Below are positions 25,973 through 39,320 of a stretch of 64,000 nucleotides of DNA, one piece after another. How positions within the stretch are numbered: the first letter of the stretch is position 1; every line of letters starts with the position of its first letter. The stretch lies in the NCBI RefSeq assembly GCF_963921235.1, contig NC_086108.1, positions 40,612,001-40,676,000 on the forward strand. Direction: 5' to 3'. The stretch is from Mobula hypostoma. Taxonomy: Eukaryota. Below the pieces are notes generated by a model. That model saw only the letters and a program-made list of their open reading frames with translations, did not search any database and was not told the DNA's origin. The translations under genes and the position numbers were made by a program.

Positions 25973-27493
25973 CTGTACAGCCCTACTCCAGAGTGACAGC
26001 CTCTTCCAAGTAATTCATGTCATCCTGGCAAGTTGGTCCTTGCCTTGCTCTAAAACTGGAAGTTGTGGCTGCAACAAATGACATATTCCAGCAAGAATGT
26101 CCTTGCTACAACAGGCACCTCACAATCTTATTGGGTTTGAAGAAGAGAAATGATCCTGAGTACCCTAGGTGGATAAAGCAGTCTGACAGTGAGTCCACTT
26201 GCCCTCCTCTGCTTCACGCTGCAGTAGCTGATGCCTCTTATTCGTGAAATCATGTTGCATTCAAAGAAGAATGCCCACTCTCTTCCCTATGTCTGGAAGC
26301 ATGTAGATTGTGCAGAAAACTTGACTTCATTGGTTCTGCAGTACATAGCGTATCTCTTCCATGAAAATGCCCGATGCAGGCCTCTCATGGTCTGAGTCGA
26401 CGTTCCCCTCCCCTTTCTATAGGCTCCTGCAATTTGAACTAACTTATAAAACACCAAATGCTTGTAGAATCATAGCGACAGCAAAACAGAACCCACAAAC
26501 TGATCTTGATGAACTCTTTTAAATAGGAGTGTGTGTGGGCCTAGGTGGGATGCATCCTTCCTGCTGCTGAATGGGGTTTTAACTAGGCCGGGACAAGAAC
26601 AGGCATTGTCTGGAGCACAATGTCCCAAAATAACAGTGCAGGCATCGAATCAGCATTGTATGTGGACAAACCGCTTGATTGTTTGTTGTTACTGGAGACA
26701 AATGTTGATTCTGTGGTAGGGGCTGAGATTTGTTTGCATCAGCACACTCCATAAATGTGCCCCCCTGACGTAGCCACTCTTTGGAGCACAGAGCTTATTC
26801 ACAACATCCAACAGATAGCAATGATCGCCAAGTATTTCTAGTTTATTCCTAGCCTGTAAACATTACTGCCACTGTTGTAGTCCATATTCTTCATTATTTC
26901 TGTATGTACTAAGTATTACTTGACAAATGCACGTTGGAAACTTCAGGTTTTACACACAAATATTCAGATATAATTTGCACTAAATTTACATAATTCTGTT
27001 GGCATTTGAACAAATATCCTCCTGGAATTGTGTGTGGTAAAATTATTTAAATATTCTACTGCTTGGAAGATTGCACTGTTGTTATTGTAGAGCCATTGTA
27101 AATTACAATAAACAGCATCCACTGCATTATCTACCAGCTCACCGAAGCATTTAGAAACTACATTCCATGTATCAAAACCCTTGGAGCATGCAATCACTGC
27201 TCTACTGGTTACTCCACTTTTGATCTTTGTAATGATAGGTTCATGCCCAAAAAAATCTACATGTTTCTGGTTAGATGTAGAATGAATAATACAATAACTC
27301 ATTATAACTTGCACTCCTTAAGATGATTCTTTTTGGAGAATGACAATTTTCTAGATTTGTGACATTGTGATAAATTGGCTGGGCTGCCTCCTATGGTTTA
27401 CTACACCTTCAAATCAGAAATAAAAATACATATAATGAAAACTAGTGCAGTGAATTCTCAGATTTGATGCAAGACTGACTTAGGATTCTGAAG

Positions 27494-27590
27494 TAACACA
27501 TACAAAGTGCTGACGGAGCTCAGCAGGTCAGGCAACATCTATGGAGAGGAATAAACAGTCAAAGTTTTGGGCTGAGACACTTCATCGGGA
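27494..27590 (-). mobile_element. Short Penelope terminal-repeat insertion
   Basis: Same terminal sequence as other PLE ends. Flanked by imperfect direct repeats gacttaggattctgaag / gacttggaattctgcag. Confidence 0.7.
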
Positions 27591-28609
27591 CTTGGAATTC
27601 TGCAGCTTATCAGCAGAAACTAGGTAAGCTCCTCATTCACTGGATACTTGCACAGCCATCCACAGTAAAAGGTATAGAATTCCATCAGGTTGTTCCTGAA
27701 AATTTGATGTTGCATGTAACACGAAATAAACATACTGATTTCCAAGAAAAGGATGTCGGTTCCATCAATAACTGTACATTTGCTGTCAGCCACTGTGGAG
27801 ACAAACTCTACAATATTGTCGTTTAACAGTGGGTAAGTATCAATAATCCTGGCATTAATTAGACCTGACACTCGAGTGTTCTGACAAACTGCAAATTATA
27901 CCTATTCAACAGTTTTTATAGAATATTTCTAAAAGAAAAATTAGTTAGCAGATATTCTGTTCAATTACGCACAATAATTTGAATGACATGCTCCTTAAGT
28001 AGGCTGCTAATTGAGCTTTTTTAAGGTAGTCTGTCTCCATTGGACCACAAAACTTGCAGCTTAATGTAGTCTAAAACCAATTCAAAGTTACTGTTGTTCA
28101 AGGAGTATGCAGATAGGGAAATGCCTGTAGAGCGGGAAATTTTCAGAAAGAATACCCCCAAATGATGAATTCATTTCTTTTGATATTATTTCACATCAAA
28201 CCATGATGTCCAAAGTGTTACCTGCTATTATTTTCAGGAGGTTTCTTTTTAGATGAAAATTACACTTGCTGTCTTCATAAGAAATTCAGAGATACTCTAA
28301 TTAATACGTCAAGTTTTCTCATGCTGCTTTTTGAATTCACTTTGAAGACTCTCTCAAATTAAACATGTCTACTCCTGGGACAAATGTCGCTGCTGCATTT
28401 GAACTAAATCAACAACACTGGGTTGCTGTAGCCTTGTGCTGATTTCTCAATTACTTCCGTTGTACTAGAAAATGGGATGTTTAAGTAATTAATATTTCAC
28501 ATCTACAAAATAGCTGTGCCTCAATGTAGTGTAGTGACAATAGGCTGACAGTCCAAATATTTAACAGGGCAAATATAAATTAGATCTAACCGGTTTGTAT
28601 CTCTGGACC

Positions 28610-28920
28610 ACATCAGCATGTTAGCGTAATGCTATTACAACACTAGTGATCATTGATCAGGGTTTAATTTCCACTACTTTGTGTAAGGAGTTTGAATGTT
28701 CTCTCTGTGACTGTGTGGGTGTCTTCTAGATGCTCTGGCTTTCTCACATATTCCAAAGAGCACCAGTTATGGTTTGTGAGTCATGGGCATGCTATTTTGA
28801 CACTTTTGACTATTGTGGCAACACCTGTGGGCTGCCCAGTGTAATCCTTACTGATTTGATTTAATGTAAATGACATTTTTCGCCGTAGGTAGATGTACAC
28901 GTGACAAATAAAAACCAATC
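28610..28920 (+). mobile_element. tRNA-derived SINE (V-SINE-like) with LINE-type tail
   Basis: tgtaaggagtttgaatgttctctctgtgactgtgtgggt...tgctctggctttctcacatattccaaaga core; gtgacaaataaa tail. Confidence 0.65.
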
Positions 28921-30869
28921 TAATATTTTTTTAGGCACTCTGGTGTAATCTATTCTACCATCAATTCATGGAAAATTCCCAAGTAATACCAAAGTATCCC
29001 TGCTGCTAATGTTCGAATTTAACTGAACTGTACACATTGTATGTCATGCTTTAGGATAATTCAAAGTAGAGATTGAAAATTATGCTGGTATGAGTTTAAT
29101 TGTAGCATCTAAGATGGGTATGTCTGTCTCAAATGTTCTGGATTACTTTTCTGTAATAGCAAAGGCAAGTAATTACACCCCAGTGATTGTTTTCAGTGGT
29201 GAGTTGTTAAACTGTTAGCAGAGTACAATGTAAGTAAACAAATATATTCAATAGCTGTTGAAAAATATACGTTTCAAAAAAATGGAAATTATAATTAAAA
29301 CACTTGAGATAAAGTAAGTCTGCATAAAGAACACAGTGAGCAAATAATCTTATTTTCCTAAAACTAAAATTAAGACAGTATTGATTTTCTGTAACATTTA
29401 AAATATCTAATGGAGTAGTTTTTACCAATGCAATGCGGTGGAATAATCCTAAATATTATTATTGTTAGCTGAACTAAAACCAGCAAAAGTAACATGATTT
29501 AAAATGTCACTGACTTTGTATTTCCTTGTTGCATCTAAGGGATCTGAACATGGTTTCCTAAGTCTGGAATGGAGGTGTTAAACAGAATAATAAATGAGTT
29601 GAAAGTTGGTCGGCATTCCCATTCCCCAAAAGAAATAAGAATCTGGCCATTAGGACAAGATGAGGCAAACTAACGAGATTATCTATAATTTGAAAGGATG
29701 TCGAGCATCAGGCTTGGATTTACTAAGTGCATTCTATTTTAAACTCACTTTTGCTCTGAGGAATGAAATAAAAAGTCAGTCTTAAAGTCATACTTTCATG
29801 ACATGAACCAAAACCAGTAATTTATTCCAGATTCTGACTGATCATTCAAAATCTTTTTTAAAAAATTCAAGTTGTCATTAAAATAGGAGATAGGCAGTTC
29901 ATGCGCTATTTAGCATTCCTTCTTCATACCTGTTTTATAAGAATTGTGATCCTGAAAATGATTTCCATAAAGGGAAATAAATATAAATAAGGTCAGGAAG
30001 AACAAATACATCCTTCCTCAAACTCTCCCCTCTTTATTTAACACATAAAATCCTTGGGGTCTATAGATTTCTTGTAGGTGAAGTGAGATTTTTTTTATGG
30101 AAGCTCATACTTCAGCAAGGTCCTGCATGGAAGGTTGGTAAAGAATGTTCAGTCACTTGGCATTCAAGATAAGGTAGTAAAATGGATTAGATGCCGGAGA
30201 GTGACAGTAGATGGTTGCGTCTCTGACTTGAGGCTTGTGACTAGTGGTGTGCCTCATGGATCATTGCTAAGTGTGGTGTTGTTTGTCATCTATATCAAAA
30301 AACTGGATGATAATGTAATAAAATGGATCAGCAAATTTGTGGATGACACCGAGATTGGGGTGTAGTAGACAACAAGGGAGACTATCAAAGCTTATAGTGG
30401 GAACTGGACCAGCTAGAAAAATGGCAGATGGAATTTAATGCAGACAAGTGAGATGTTGCACATAAGTAGGACCAACTGGGTAAGACTTACATGGTGAGCG
30501 GTAGGGCACTGAGGAGTGGGGTAGGATCTGGTAATACAGATCCCTCATTTCTTGAAACTGGCACCTCAGGTAGATAGGGTCATAAAAAAGCTTTTGGCAC
30601 ATTGGCTTTCATAAAGCAAAGTATTGAGTATAGGAGGTGGGATGTAATGTTGAAGTTGTATATTAGTGAGGCCTAATTTGCAGTATTGTGTGCAGTTTTG
30701 GTCACCTACCCACAGGAAAAATGTCAGTAAGATTGAAATAGTGCAGAGAAGATTTCCAGGGATGTTGCCAGGACTTGAGGACCTGAGTTATAGAGAAAGG
30801 TTGGCTAGGTTAGGATCTCCAGAGCGTAGAAGAATGAGGGGAGATTTGATATAGGTATACAAAATTATG

Positions 30870-31257
30870 TAACAATATCTAGTAACATGAGGAAATGAAT
30901 TGAAGCAGCAGAAATGTGGTTTTTGAGGAGGATGCAAAGAATACCATGGACGAAACGAATCTCTAACGAGGATGTCATGAACAGAGCAAACACAAAAAGA
31001 GAAATAATGTATGAGATCAAGGAAAGGCAACGTAACTTCATTGGACATGTGATTAGGAACGAGGAGTTCGAATGCACGGTAATTATGGGAAAGATTGAAG
31101 GGAAGAAAGCAAGAGGAAGACAAAGACAAATGACAATGGAGACAGCAGCCAGAGAACTGGAAATGAATACCAATGAATTAATCCACTTGACCTGAAACAG
31201 GAATGTATGGGCCATGGCAGTTAAAGCTCAAACTGGGAACGGCACCTGATGATGATG
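30870..31257 (+). mobile_element. RTE-clade LINE 3' fragment
   Basis: EAAEMWFLRRMQRIPWTKRISNEDV...FIGHVIR...GKIEGKKARGRQR; (gat)n tail; 13-bp TSD atacaaaattatg at 30857-30869 and 31258-31270. Confidence 0.9.
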
Positions 31258-31345
31258 ATACAAAATTATGAGGAGTCTTGTTAGGGTTAATGCAAGCAAA
31301 CTTTTTCCACTGAGGTTGGGTGAGATTACAATTAGAGGTTATGGG

Positions 31346-31581
31346 GGGGGGAGGGAGGGAACATCAACTCAGACCATGAGAGGCATGCGTCGGGCATTTT
31401 CATGCCTTACAAGGCGCAGATTGGAAGTCTGTGTGGGGCGCTACTCCTCGCACAGACTAGAGCAATGTGCCATTAACTGCCTTGCTCAAGGGCACAAACA
31501 CGCAGCCACAGCTGAGGCTCAAACTAGCAACCTTGAGGTAACTAGACAAACGCCTTAACCACTTGGCCACATGCCCAGCAC
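31346..31581 (-). mobile_element. tRNA-derived SINE (CORE-like)
   Basis: Minus strand has A-box tggccaagtgg, B-box-like gtttgagcc and a gtgcccttgagcaaggca core. 8-bp TSD gttatggg at 31338-31345 and 31582-31589. Confidence 0.8.
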
Positions 31582-32339
31582 GTTATGGGTTAAGGTGAAA
31601 TGTTTAAAGGGAACATAAGGGAGAACTTCCTTTACTCAGATTGTGGTGAGTGTGGAGCAAGCTGCTAGTGGAAGAGGTGGATGCATGTTTGATTTCAACA
31701 CTTGAGAGAAATTTGGATAGGTAAGTGGATAGGAGGGGTCTGGAGGGCTAAGGTCCAGACGCAGGTCAATGCGACAGCTCAGCATGGACTAGATGGGTGC
31801 ATGGCTTTTTTCTGTGCTGTAGTATTCTATGACTTACCTTAAATGCCTGATGCTTATAACAAATCTCTTTGGGGGCATTAAATGAATTTAAGATAGTTTC
31901 ATGACCTTGAACAGTGGGGAGGTAATAAAATGAACACTACTGGCTTGACAGACTATAAAAGGAGTTTATTGTAAAGCACTTTTCATGACTTGGCATATTA
32001 CAAAGTGCTTTTAAGCCAACAGCAAATGTTTGAGTACTGTGTTAGGGGTTGAGAAAAAGAAAATCAATTGCAGGCAATTTCGTGCAGAATTTAGGTGTCA
32101 TTAAAGGAAAACTAAATGAATAGATTTTGGATTTAGAGAAATTATATCTTTATATCTCCAGCAAAAATTGTGCAGAATATGCTCTAATGAATGACCATAA
32201 GTACAACATGACACTTTAAATAGCCCCTAGAATTATTCCAGTTAATGTCTTTATCAGTTTACTTACTCAATGAAGTTTATGGCAAGTTATTTTATCTACC
32301 CCATTAACAAGTACCATTTTGTGTAGTACAAAGAGCCTT

Positions 32340-32712
32340 AAAACAGACATACCGTCTTCTCCCTTATTAGGGGGAAGAGAGAGCCTGTGGTATGTCGAAT
32401 GCCAGGTGAACAATGTGGTCTTTGGGGTAACTGCAAGTCTGTGTCTTTGCTATTGCTTTGCTCAAGCTTGAGTGCTTGGTGGTGGGTACTGATGCTTTTT
32501 TGTTGCCGGTGGGGGGGGGGAGGGGGGATTATTGCTTGCTGCTGCTTACGCACAGGAGGGAGGGGAGCTGGGCAGGACTTTGGGCTTCTAACATTTAACT
32601 GTTGTTCATTCTTCGGGACACCTCTGTTTTCGTGGATGGTTGCGAAGAAAAAGCATTTCAGGATGTATATTGCATACATTTCTCTGACATTAAATTGGAC
32701 CTTTAAACCTTT
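32340..32712 (+). mobile_element. 5'-truncated copy of the non-autonomous LINE-like family (see 16504, 18059)
   Basis: Reverse-complement match to 16504-16760 and 18059-18420. Confidence 0.7.
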
Positions 32713-33074
32713 GAAACATTTTTCAACCAAGGCAGATCCAAACTTTATTTTGTGTTACATTTTTATCACCCAAAGATATACAGTGGAGTGAAAGAAAGCA
32801 TTTGGTGAAATATATGGTGTTATACTTTGCAAAGTGAGCTGGGACTTAGAGATACTGGTGATGGTTGTTTGATATTATATGACATTACTGCAGCAATAGG
32901 GGAACTAATTGAGTTGAGGCCAAGCCAGACAGAGCAGCTGAATTCAATACTATTTGTTCCCAACAAGTTCCGCAGGAAATGAGCGAAAAGAAAATTCCAA
33001 ATGGTTCAAACCCCAACTGGTTTGAACCAGCAAGCCTTTCTGATCTTTAACAAGGACCAATTAATCAGATACAA

Positions 33075-34445
33075 AATCAGAATCAGGTTTATTTGACATA
33101 TGTCACAAAATTTGTTGTTTTGCAGCGGCAGTAGTGTGATACCTAAAAAATAACTAAGTGACAAAAAGAAATATAAACCATAAGTAGTGCATTAAGTTCA
33201 AATTTATTGTCATTCAAACATACACAGGTATGCAATCAAACGAAACAACATTCCTCTGTATCAAGGTGCACAATACAACGTATAACTCACACAATTAACA
33301 CATACAATAATATTACCACAAATAATAAGGTGCATTTTGTGACGCAAGTTTTAAATAAACAACATAATGCTACTGGCGCTTCATGCGTGACAAGACCTGG
33401 GTGCTGGCAGAGAGTTCAGTGCTCTTATAGCCTGGGGGTGGGGTGGGGTGGGGGGGGGGAAGAAGCCATTTCCCATCCTAACAGTACTTGTCCTGATTGC
33501 TACGGGACCTCTTGCTTAAGGGTAGGGGGTCAGGGATTGTTGAACGGATGGGAAGGATTATTGATAATGCCAAGGGCCCTACACTGACAGCGCTCCTGAT
33601 GAATATCTCTGATGGATGGGAGAGAGACCCTGGTGATCCTCTCAGAAGTTCTTGCAAAGCCATGTCGGAACTTGCAATCAGATGCCTTACAATTCCTGTA
33701 CCAGACAGTGATGCAGCTGGTCAGGCGCTCTCGATGGTGCTCCTGTAGAAATTGGTTATAATGCGGGGGGTGGGCTGGGTGGAGGAGGGGTCCTTGCCTC
33801 AAACTCCTCAGGAAATGGAGATGCTGCTGTACTTCCTTGACCAAAGCGGTGGCTTTGACCAACCAAGTGGGATTGTCCATTATGTGCATTCCCTGAAACT
33901 TAGTGCTCCTAATTCTCTCTGTGGAGGAGCTGTGTATGTGCTGTGAGGAATGGTCAGCCTGCAGCTTCCTAAAGTTGACAGTCATCTCTTTGGTCTTATC
34001 CATGCTGAGACTCAAGTTGTTGCGCTCACCCCATTCTACCGGCCTCTCTACCTCCTATCCGTATGTTGTATTATTAATGTTGTTGATGAGGCCAGCCACT
34101 GTTGTGTTATCAGCTAACTTGACGATTCAGTTTGAAATGGACTAGCAGGGCAGTCAAGCACCAGAGCAGACTGCGCACGCAGCCCATGCAGGAGAAAATC
34201 AGAGGTCATGGTTATGGGTTCATGAACTACTCAGAAATCCGATGGCAGAGGGGAAGAAAATGTTCCTAAAATGTTGAATGCGTCTCCTGTACCTCCTCCC
34301 TGGTGGTAGAAATGAGAAGAGGACATGTCCTGGATGGTGAGAGTTCGTAATGATGGATATCACTACTTGAGGCATCACTTTCTAAAAATGTCCTCAACGG
34401 TGGGGAGGCTAGTGCCTGATGGAGCTGGCTGAGTTTACAACCCTA
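33075..34445 (-). mobile_element. Two nested Rex1/Babar-type LINE 3' fragments
   Basis: Minus-strand LSLSMDKTKEMTVNFRK...TKFQGMHI...QHLHFLRSLRQ. Two separate tails (aatcagaatcaggtttatt at 33075; aagttcaaatttattgtcatt at about 33193). Confidence 0.75.
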
Positions 34446-34942
34446 ATGTATCTTTTACCAATCCTCTGGGTTGATACTTGATTTGGTTCAGATGCCGAAC
34501 TGAACCTTTGTTTTTGCACTAGGCTGGTTCAGCCTTTTGTACAGCTGTCTGGCAAAAAGTACCTCACTTAGTGACATCTGTTTCATAACAATCAAGAATT
34601 CTTATCTTTTTCAGTGGCGAAAGATTTGGAAAGAATGTTCATTCGATCAGTTTCACAATGTGCCTGTACTTCAGGGTATTTTTTTTTTGCAATTGCCACT
34701 TTCTAACTGATAAAAATATCTCAATCACACAGACCAAGGCTTTCAGGAAGTCACAGCAGTACATTTGTTAAAATCAGTTTCAATGTTAAAGCTACAAAGC
34801 ATGTTAAGTACACTGACCAATTCGAAATGAAAGTTTTATTACTACATGGCTCGTAGTAATTCTGAATAAGTTCGTGGATTATAACCTATCTCAGCTCTGT
34901 CCTGTTCAATGTAGATTCTGTTGGTACCGTTGCTAAAGTCTG

Positions 34943-35021
34943 GGCCGCAGTTGCATTCATTGTTCAGCGAGCTTTACCATAGAGTTCAACCCACCGACAG
35001 CAATGAATGTTGATTGTGACC
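34943..35021 (-). ncRNA. mir181b: pre-miR-181b (b-1-like hairpin)
   Basis: Minus strand 35011-34989 = AACAUUCAUUGCUGUCGGUGGGU (exact miR-181b-5p). 3p arm 34971-34951 = CUCGCUGAACAAUGAAUGCAA. Basal stem GGUCACA/UGCGGCC. Confidence 0.97.
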
Positions 35022-35155
35022 TTTGCAGGAACTTGTTTTCCACATTCCCTGAAATTATCTGTAATGATCATGTTAGCATCCGTCATAATAAGCAGATAAT
35101 AGTTTTCAGACCGATCTCCGTGGCCTAAACTAGCCCAAAAGCAGTTGGAGGAGGC

Positions 35156-35237
35156 TGGCTACAAGGTACAATCAACGGTCGATGGTTCCTCCAATAGCAT
35201 CAAACTCACCGACAGCGTTGAATGTTCCCTGAAGCCA
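35156..35237 (-). ncRNA. mir181a: pre-miR-181a (a-1-like hairpin)
   Basis: Minus strand 35226-35204 = AACAUUCAACGCUGUCGGUGAGU (exact miR-181a-5p). 35186-35165 = ACCAUCGACCGUUGAUUGUACC (miR-181a-1-3p/miR-213). Basal stem UGGCUUCAGGG/CCUUGUAGCCA. Confidence 0.97.
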
Positions 35238-38200
35238 CCAGTAAACATAATTTAAAGTGAGGAAAGAAAAATAAAAGCCAAAGACGTTTTTTTTTGCCTT
35301 CTGTAATTCTTCTGCACTTTTCTGACACAAAGAAAGTTGAATCAGTTAAATCTGCAAAAAAAAGGCAAGAATTCAGAGCCATGAGCTCATAAAGAACATT
35401 CCGGTTGAATAAATAATTTCAGAAACATTTTAAATCTGTTTTCTTGCAAAAAAAAATCCCCTTCCCCTGCCATTACAGTCAGTATGGCTGTAACAATGTG
35501 AGGAGGTAATGATTGATTGTTTTCATTGAAAGACATTTTTCCTCAATGCTCCCTTCCCCCACACCTTTAACTCCCACCACCAAGGGGAAAAAAAATCAAC
35601 CTTTAAGAATGGAAAGGTTGGGAGTAAAGGCAATTAAATGAACAATGGTGACAGCAAGAAATACACCTCACAAAGAAATTCCTGTTCAAATGTATGTTTT
35701 TTTACTAATACACTGCATTGCCTGTGAATAGAAGTCTGGAATCTGCACAAGGGACATAGATGATTAATCATACAGACGTTGAAACAAAGTATTTAAAAAG
35801 TATTCACAAAAGGCAGAATCCACATAGAATACTTAACCCACTGCAGTTTTCTCCAGATGGCCTCTGTGGCTAGATGGCATACAGGGTGACCACAGCACAT
35901 GCAAATTATGCTGTTTTGCATGATTACAGCCTGTTTATGGTAAAGTAGGTTAGCGTGACCTCGTCAGGTTCTTGGTTTTATGTTGGCAACTGTTTAAATA
36001 GTTGTAATTTCCATGCATTTTCAGCAAGCAAATCCAATGAGCTTCTTTTCCCGGATAAGTACAGGGAAAAAAAGCTTAGGCTATTTTGAAACTCAAACTG
36101 AGTAGCAGAGAAAAAGTTGTTGAACCCATTTGGATGAAGGTCAGAAGAATGAAGTGAGATGAATTTGTAATATACATGGCAGTTTGACAATTTTATGCAA
36201 GGTCTTCTATTAACTTTTGTGTAACTACATTTTCTTCTGTTGCAAGATGCTAAATGTGTGTGTTGCAGGCATATGTGTAGTGTATGGATCATAAGATCTT
36301 TTTAAAGCAATTTATGAACTCCGAAGGATTGAACTTATACCAGTTAAGATGTTTGAGCCCATTTTGGAGATGAGGAAATGGTTTAAGTTTTCTACTCATA
36401 TAGTTTGTGCACAGTGTATGGCTTGCTATACTGTAACTTTCAGAACATGGACTAAGGTTATGCTGACCTAGACACAAGAAATTTTAGTGGTTTACTGAAG
36501 ACTCAAACCACTGCTGTAATAAACAAAATGCATTGAAAGCATTTCCAGTGTTTTAAGTATTTCTGTATAGTGACAAATATCTGCTTGCTGTTCAAGATTG
36601 CTGATGTCAGGAGAAAATTCAATTTTATTTGTAAAGTAACAAAAAAGAAATTTTTAAATGTCATTGATATGACCACAATGCTCCCTGAACAGTAATAGAA
36701 GAGAATTGGGTGGGAAAGACTCAGGGATACTTTGAAAATATCTTCTTGCCATTGACAAAACTACTCCATGGAACTTGTACTTTTCACCAAAGGTCTTTAC
36801 AAACAATGGAAAATACGTAACAGATGTCAGTGATATTCCCTGCATCCTTTTTTCCCAATCCAACACATTTAGATATTAGCTATGAATGAAACGTTGGATA
36901 TATAGCACTGGGCTATGAACTGTCATCTCACTCCATTTTTTTGTAGGGATAATTAAGGAGGAACATTGGCTAATATGACGAGAGAAATCCCTGCATTTCC
37001 ACCAATGCCAAATGATTGCTCATTAGTGTCCTTCTACTCGCTCTCCCCCATCCAACTGATTAGGCGACACCACTCTCTTCACTATACTCAACTGGCATTG
37101 AACTGTCCACAGATCATCTCCTCAATGGCTCTATTACTCAAGATCTAACCTATTCCTCCACAATTAAAACTATGGCTTCCTCAACAAATCAAACTAAAAT
37201 AATTATTTACTTTCTGAATGTTGCTGAACAACAAGGAAACCCAATTGATAACAGTTGTCAACATCTGATCACTTTTTAAGGTTGGAAGTGTATTTATTTA
37301 AAAGAAATGTTGACCTTTTTAAATGGTGTTAGGTTGAGGTAGCCCTATAAGACCCTTGCCTAGGTGACAGGAACTGTGAATGTACTATTTTCTAGTAACA
37401 GTTTGACTTTGACCCTGTTCCAAAGCTAATGTTCATTCTCAGAGGATAACAGAAGATGTCAGCTCTCAGTGCTTATGTCACCACAGTAGGATTTGATTTG
37501 TTTGCTTCCTTCCAGCCAACACAGGGTCTTTAAAACCTCCACTCACAGGAGGATTTTAGCTTCCTTAATGATCAGGTTCAAATATAACTGCTGCTCACAC
37601 TCCAGGGTTCAGGTCTGACAAGGGTGCAGCAGCCAAGATAATGGCTTAAAGATGTAATTTCCCTTCGGTGTTTTGCTGGGAAGATTTTAGTAATAACCCA
37701 TTAATGACTGACTTTCACAATCAATTAAAGCATATTCAAAAACCCTCAAATGCCAAATGGTTTCTAAAATACATATAAAACATAGCCCAGTCAAAACTGA
37801 ATCATTAGCCCTCCTGGCTTGAATCACAATAAAAATGTTGATTGGGCGGGGATGGAGACAAAGGGAGGGAAGGGAGCAGGCAATATTAAGTTGTTGAACA
37901 GTATTATGAACAACTATTCTGGAATAGTTCCAGTTGTCTGCTTTACACATTAGTCCCATAAACTTATATTATGCTTGGCAAATGGAATTTTAAAATAGTT
38001 CCCTGTTTGGAAGATTGATTTATTTTACATAATACAGCTCCAGTTCTATAGTGGGTTTAGGGAGTAACTGGTAGATGTGAGTCGGTGGCATGGTGCCTAA
38101 TTAGGTTCAAGCTGGCAAGGCAGCCCATTTCGTCTGAAGCTGTGAGCTATGTCTAATATTTAATGCACAGATCTACATACTTCTAAATGGCAGCTCCCCA

Positions 38201-39029
38201 GTAAACACCCACTGCCAGATCTGCAGAAATCCACCTCCTCCTGGGTGGGCAGGGGACTGCATTCATTGTGGCCGTAAAGAATTCCACCTTCAACATCCCT
38301 CCTCCATAGGTGGTTGGAACAATGAGTTGCCATGGAAGTCTATAGAAATAAAGAAATGAAACTGCAGTGCAATCAAAATAAAATCTCCAGCACACCAGCC
38401 AACATTTTCTTTCATTCTACAGTTAACTACTCAACACTTCCTTTCTGCCAGGAGATATCCTTTATTGCCATTTCCGATTTCCCCCCATCCTTATAGCGTA
38501 TTTGAACATCATATTATTGAAGACGTTATGAGTGCTGAGAAAGGCAGCAGGTGTAGTGAGGTTGCTGGCTCTTCAGCATTAAGCAGGAGCCTCCAATTCA
38601 ACTGGACAAAATACCAACTAACCGAGAGGAGAGAGGAAGGTGCCCTCTAGACAGTCAGAGGGAGAAGTAAATATGATGGAAAGTGGGACAACACCCAGTC
38701 ACTGGTATCTCCAAATGCTAGGTTAGCCAAAGCTGTGTTAAACTTAAGGATAACCAGGTTAACTCTCAGCCAGGTTAATGGGCAAGGCTAGTTACAGTGA
38801 AAGCCCTTTTATTTGGTAGAGACTTTACTCCTGCAGACATATGCCGGATTGGAAACTGCAGATTAGTCTGGTGGAGCACATATGTTTTTCCTAATGTTAA
38901 ATTAAGCATTTTTCAAATAACCTCAGGTGGCAAAGGCTTTTTTAGTCCTGTGGAGTAGCCTTCAAGGCCATACCTGTAAGAATCCAAAAGTTGTGCATTG
39001 CAATTGCTGCCAGCTGGAGCATTACCTAA

Positions 39030-39320
39030 ACACAAGAGATTCTGCAGATGCTGGAAATCCAGGGAAACACATCCAAAATGCTGGAGGAACTCAACACCTC
39101 ACTCAGCATACATAGAAAGGAATAAACAGATGACTTTTTGGGCCAAAACCCTTCATCAAGACTGGAAGGGAAGAGAAAAGATGCCAAATAAAGAAGGTTG
39201 GGGGGGGGGGTGGAGGGAGAAGAGTGCAAGCTAGCAAGCGATAGGTGAAATCAGCCCAAAACATTGATTATTTATTCCTCTCCATAGACCTGCCAGGTTC
39301 CTCCAGCATCTTGTGCGCGT
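39030..39320. mobile_element. Penelope terminal repeats in inverted arrangement
   Basis: A minus-strand PLE end (cacaagagattctgcagatgctgg...) is joined to a plus-strand PLE end (...ttcctccagcatcttgtg). Confidence 0.7.

Larger units (their letters stand above)
30110..31832 (+). mobile_element. CR1 LINE 3' fragment with two nested insertions
   Basis: VTSGVPHGSLL, ISKFVDDT and RPNLQYCVQFWSP motifs; tail tgtgctgtagtattctatgac. Confidence 0.9.

Noticed and set aside
26964..27871. Minus-strand ORFs of 116 and 83 aa in unique sequence
   Set aside because: No recognisable domain and no convincing splice-site pairs; likely chance ORFs.
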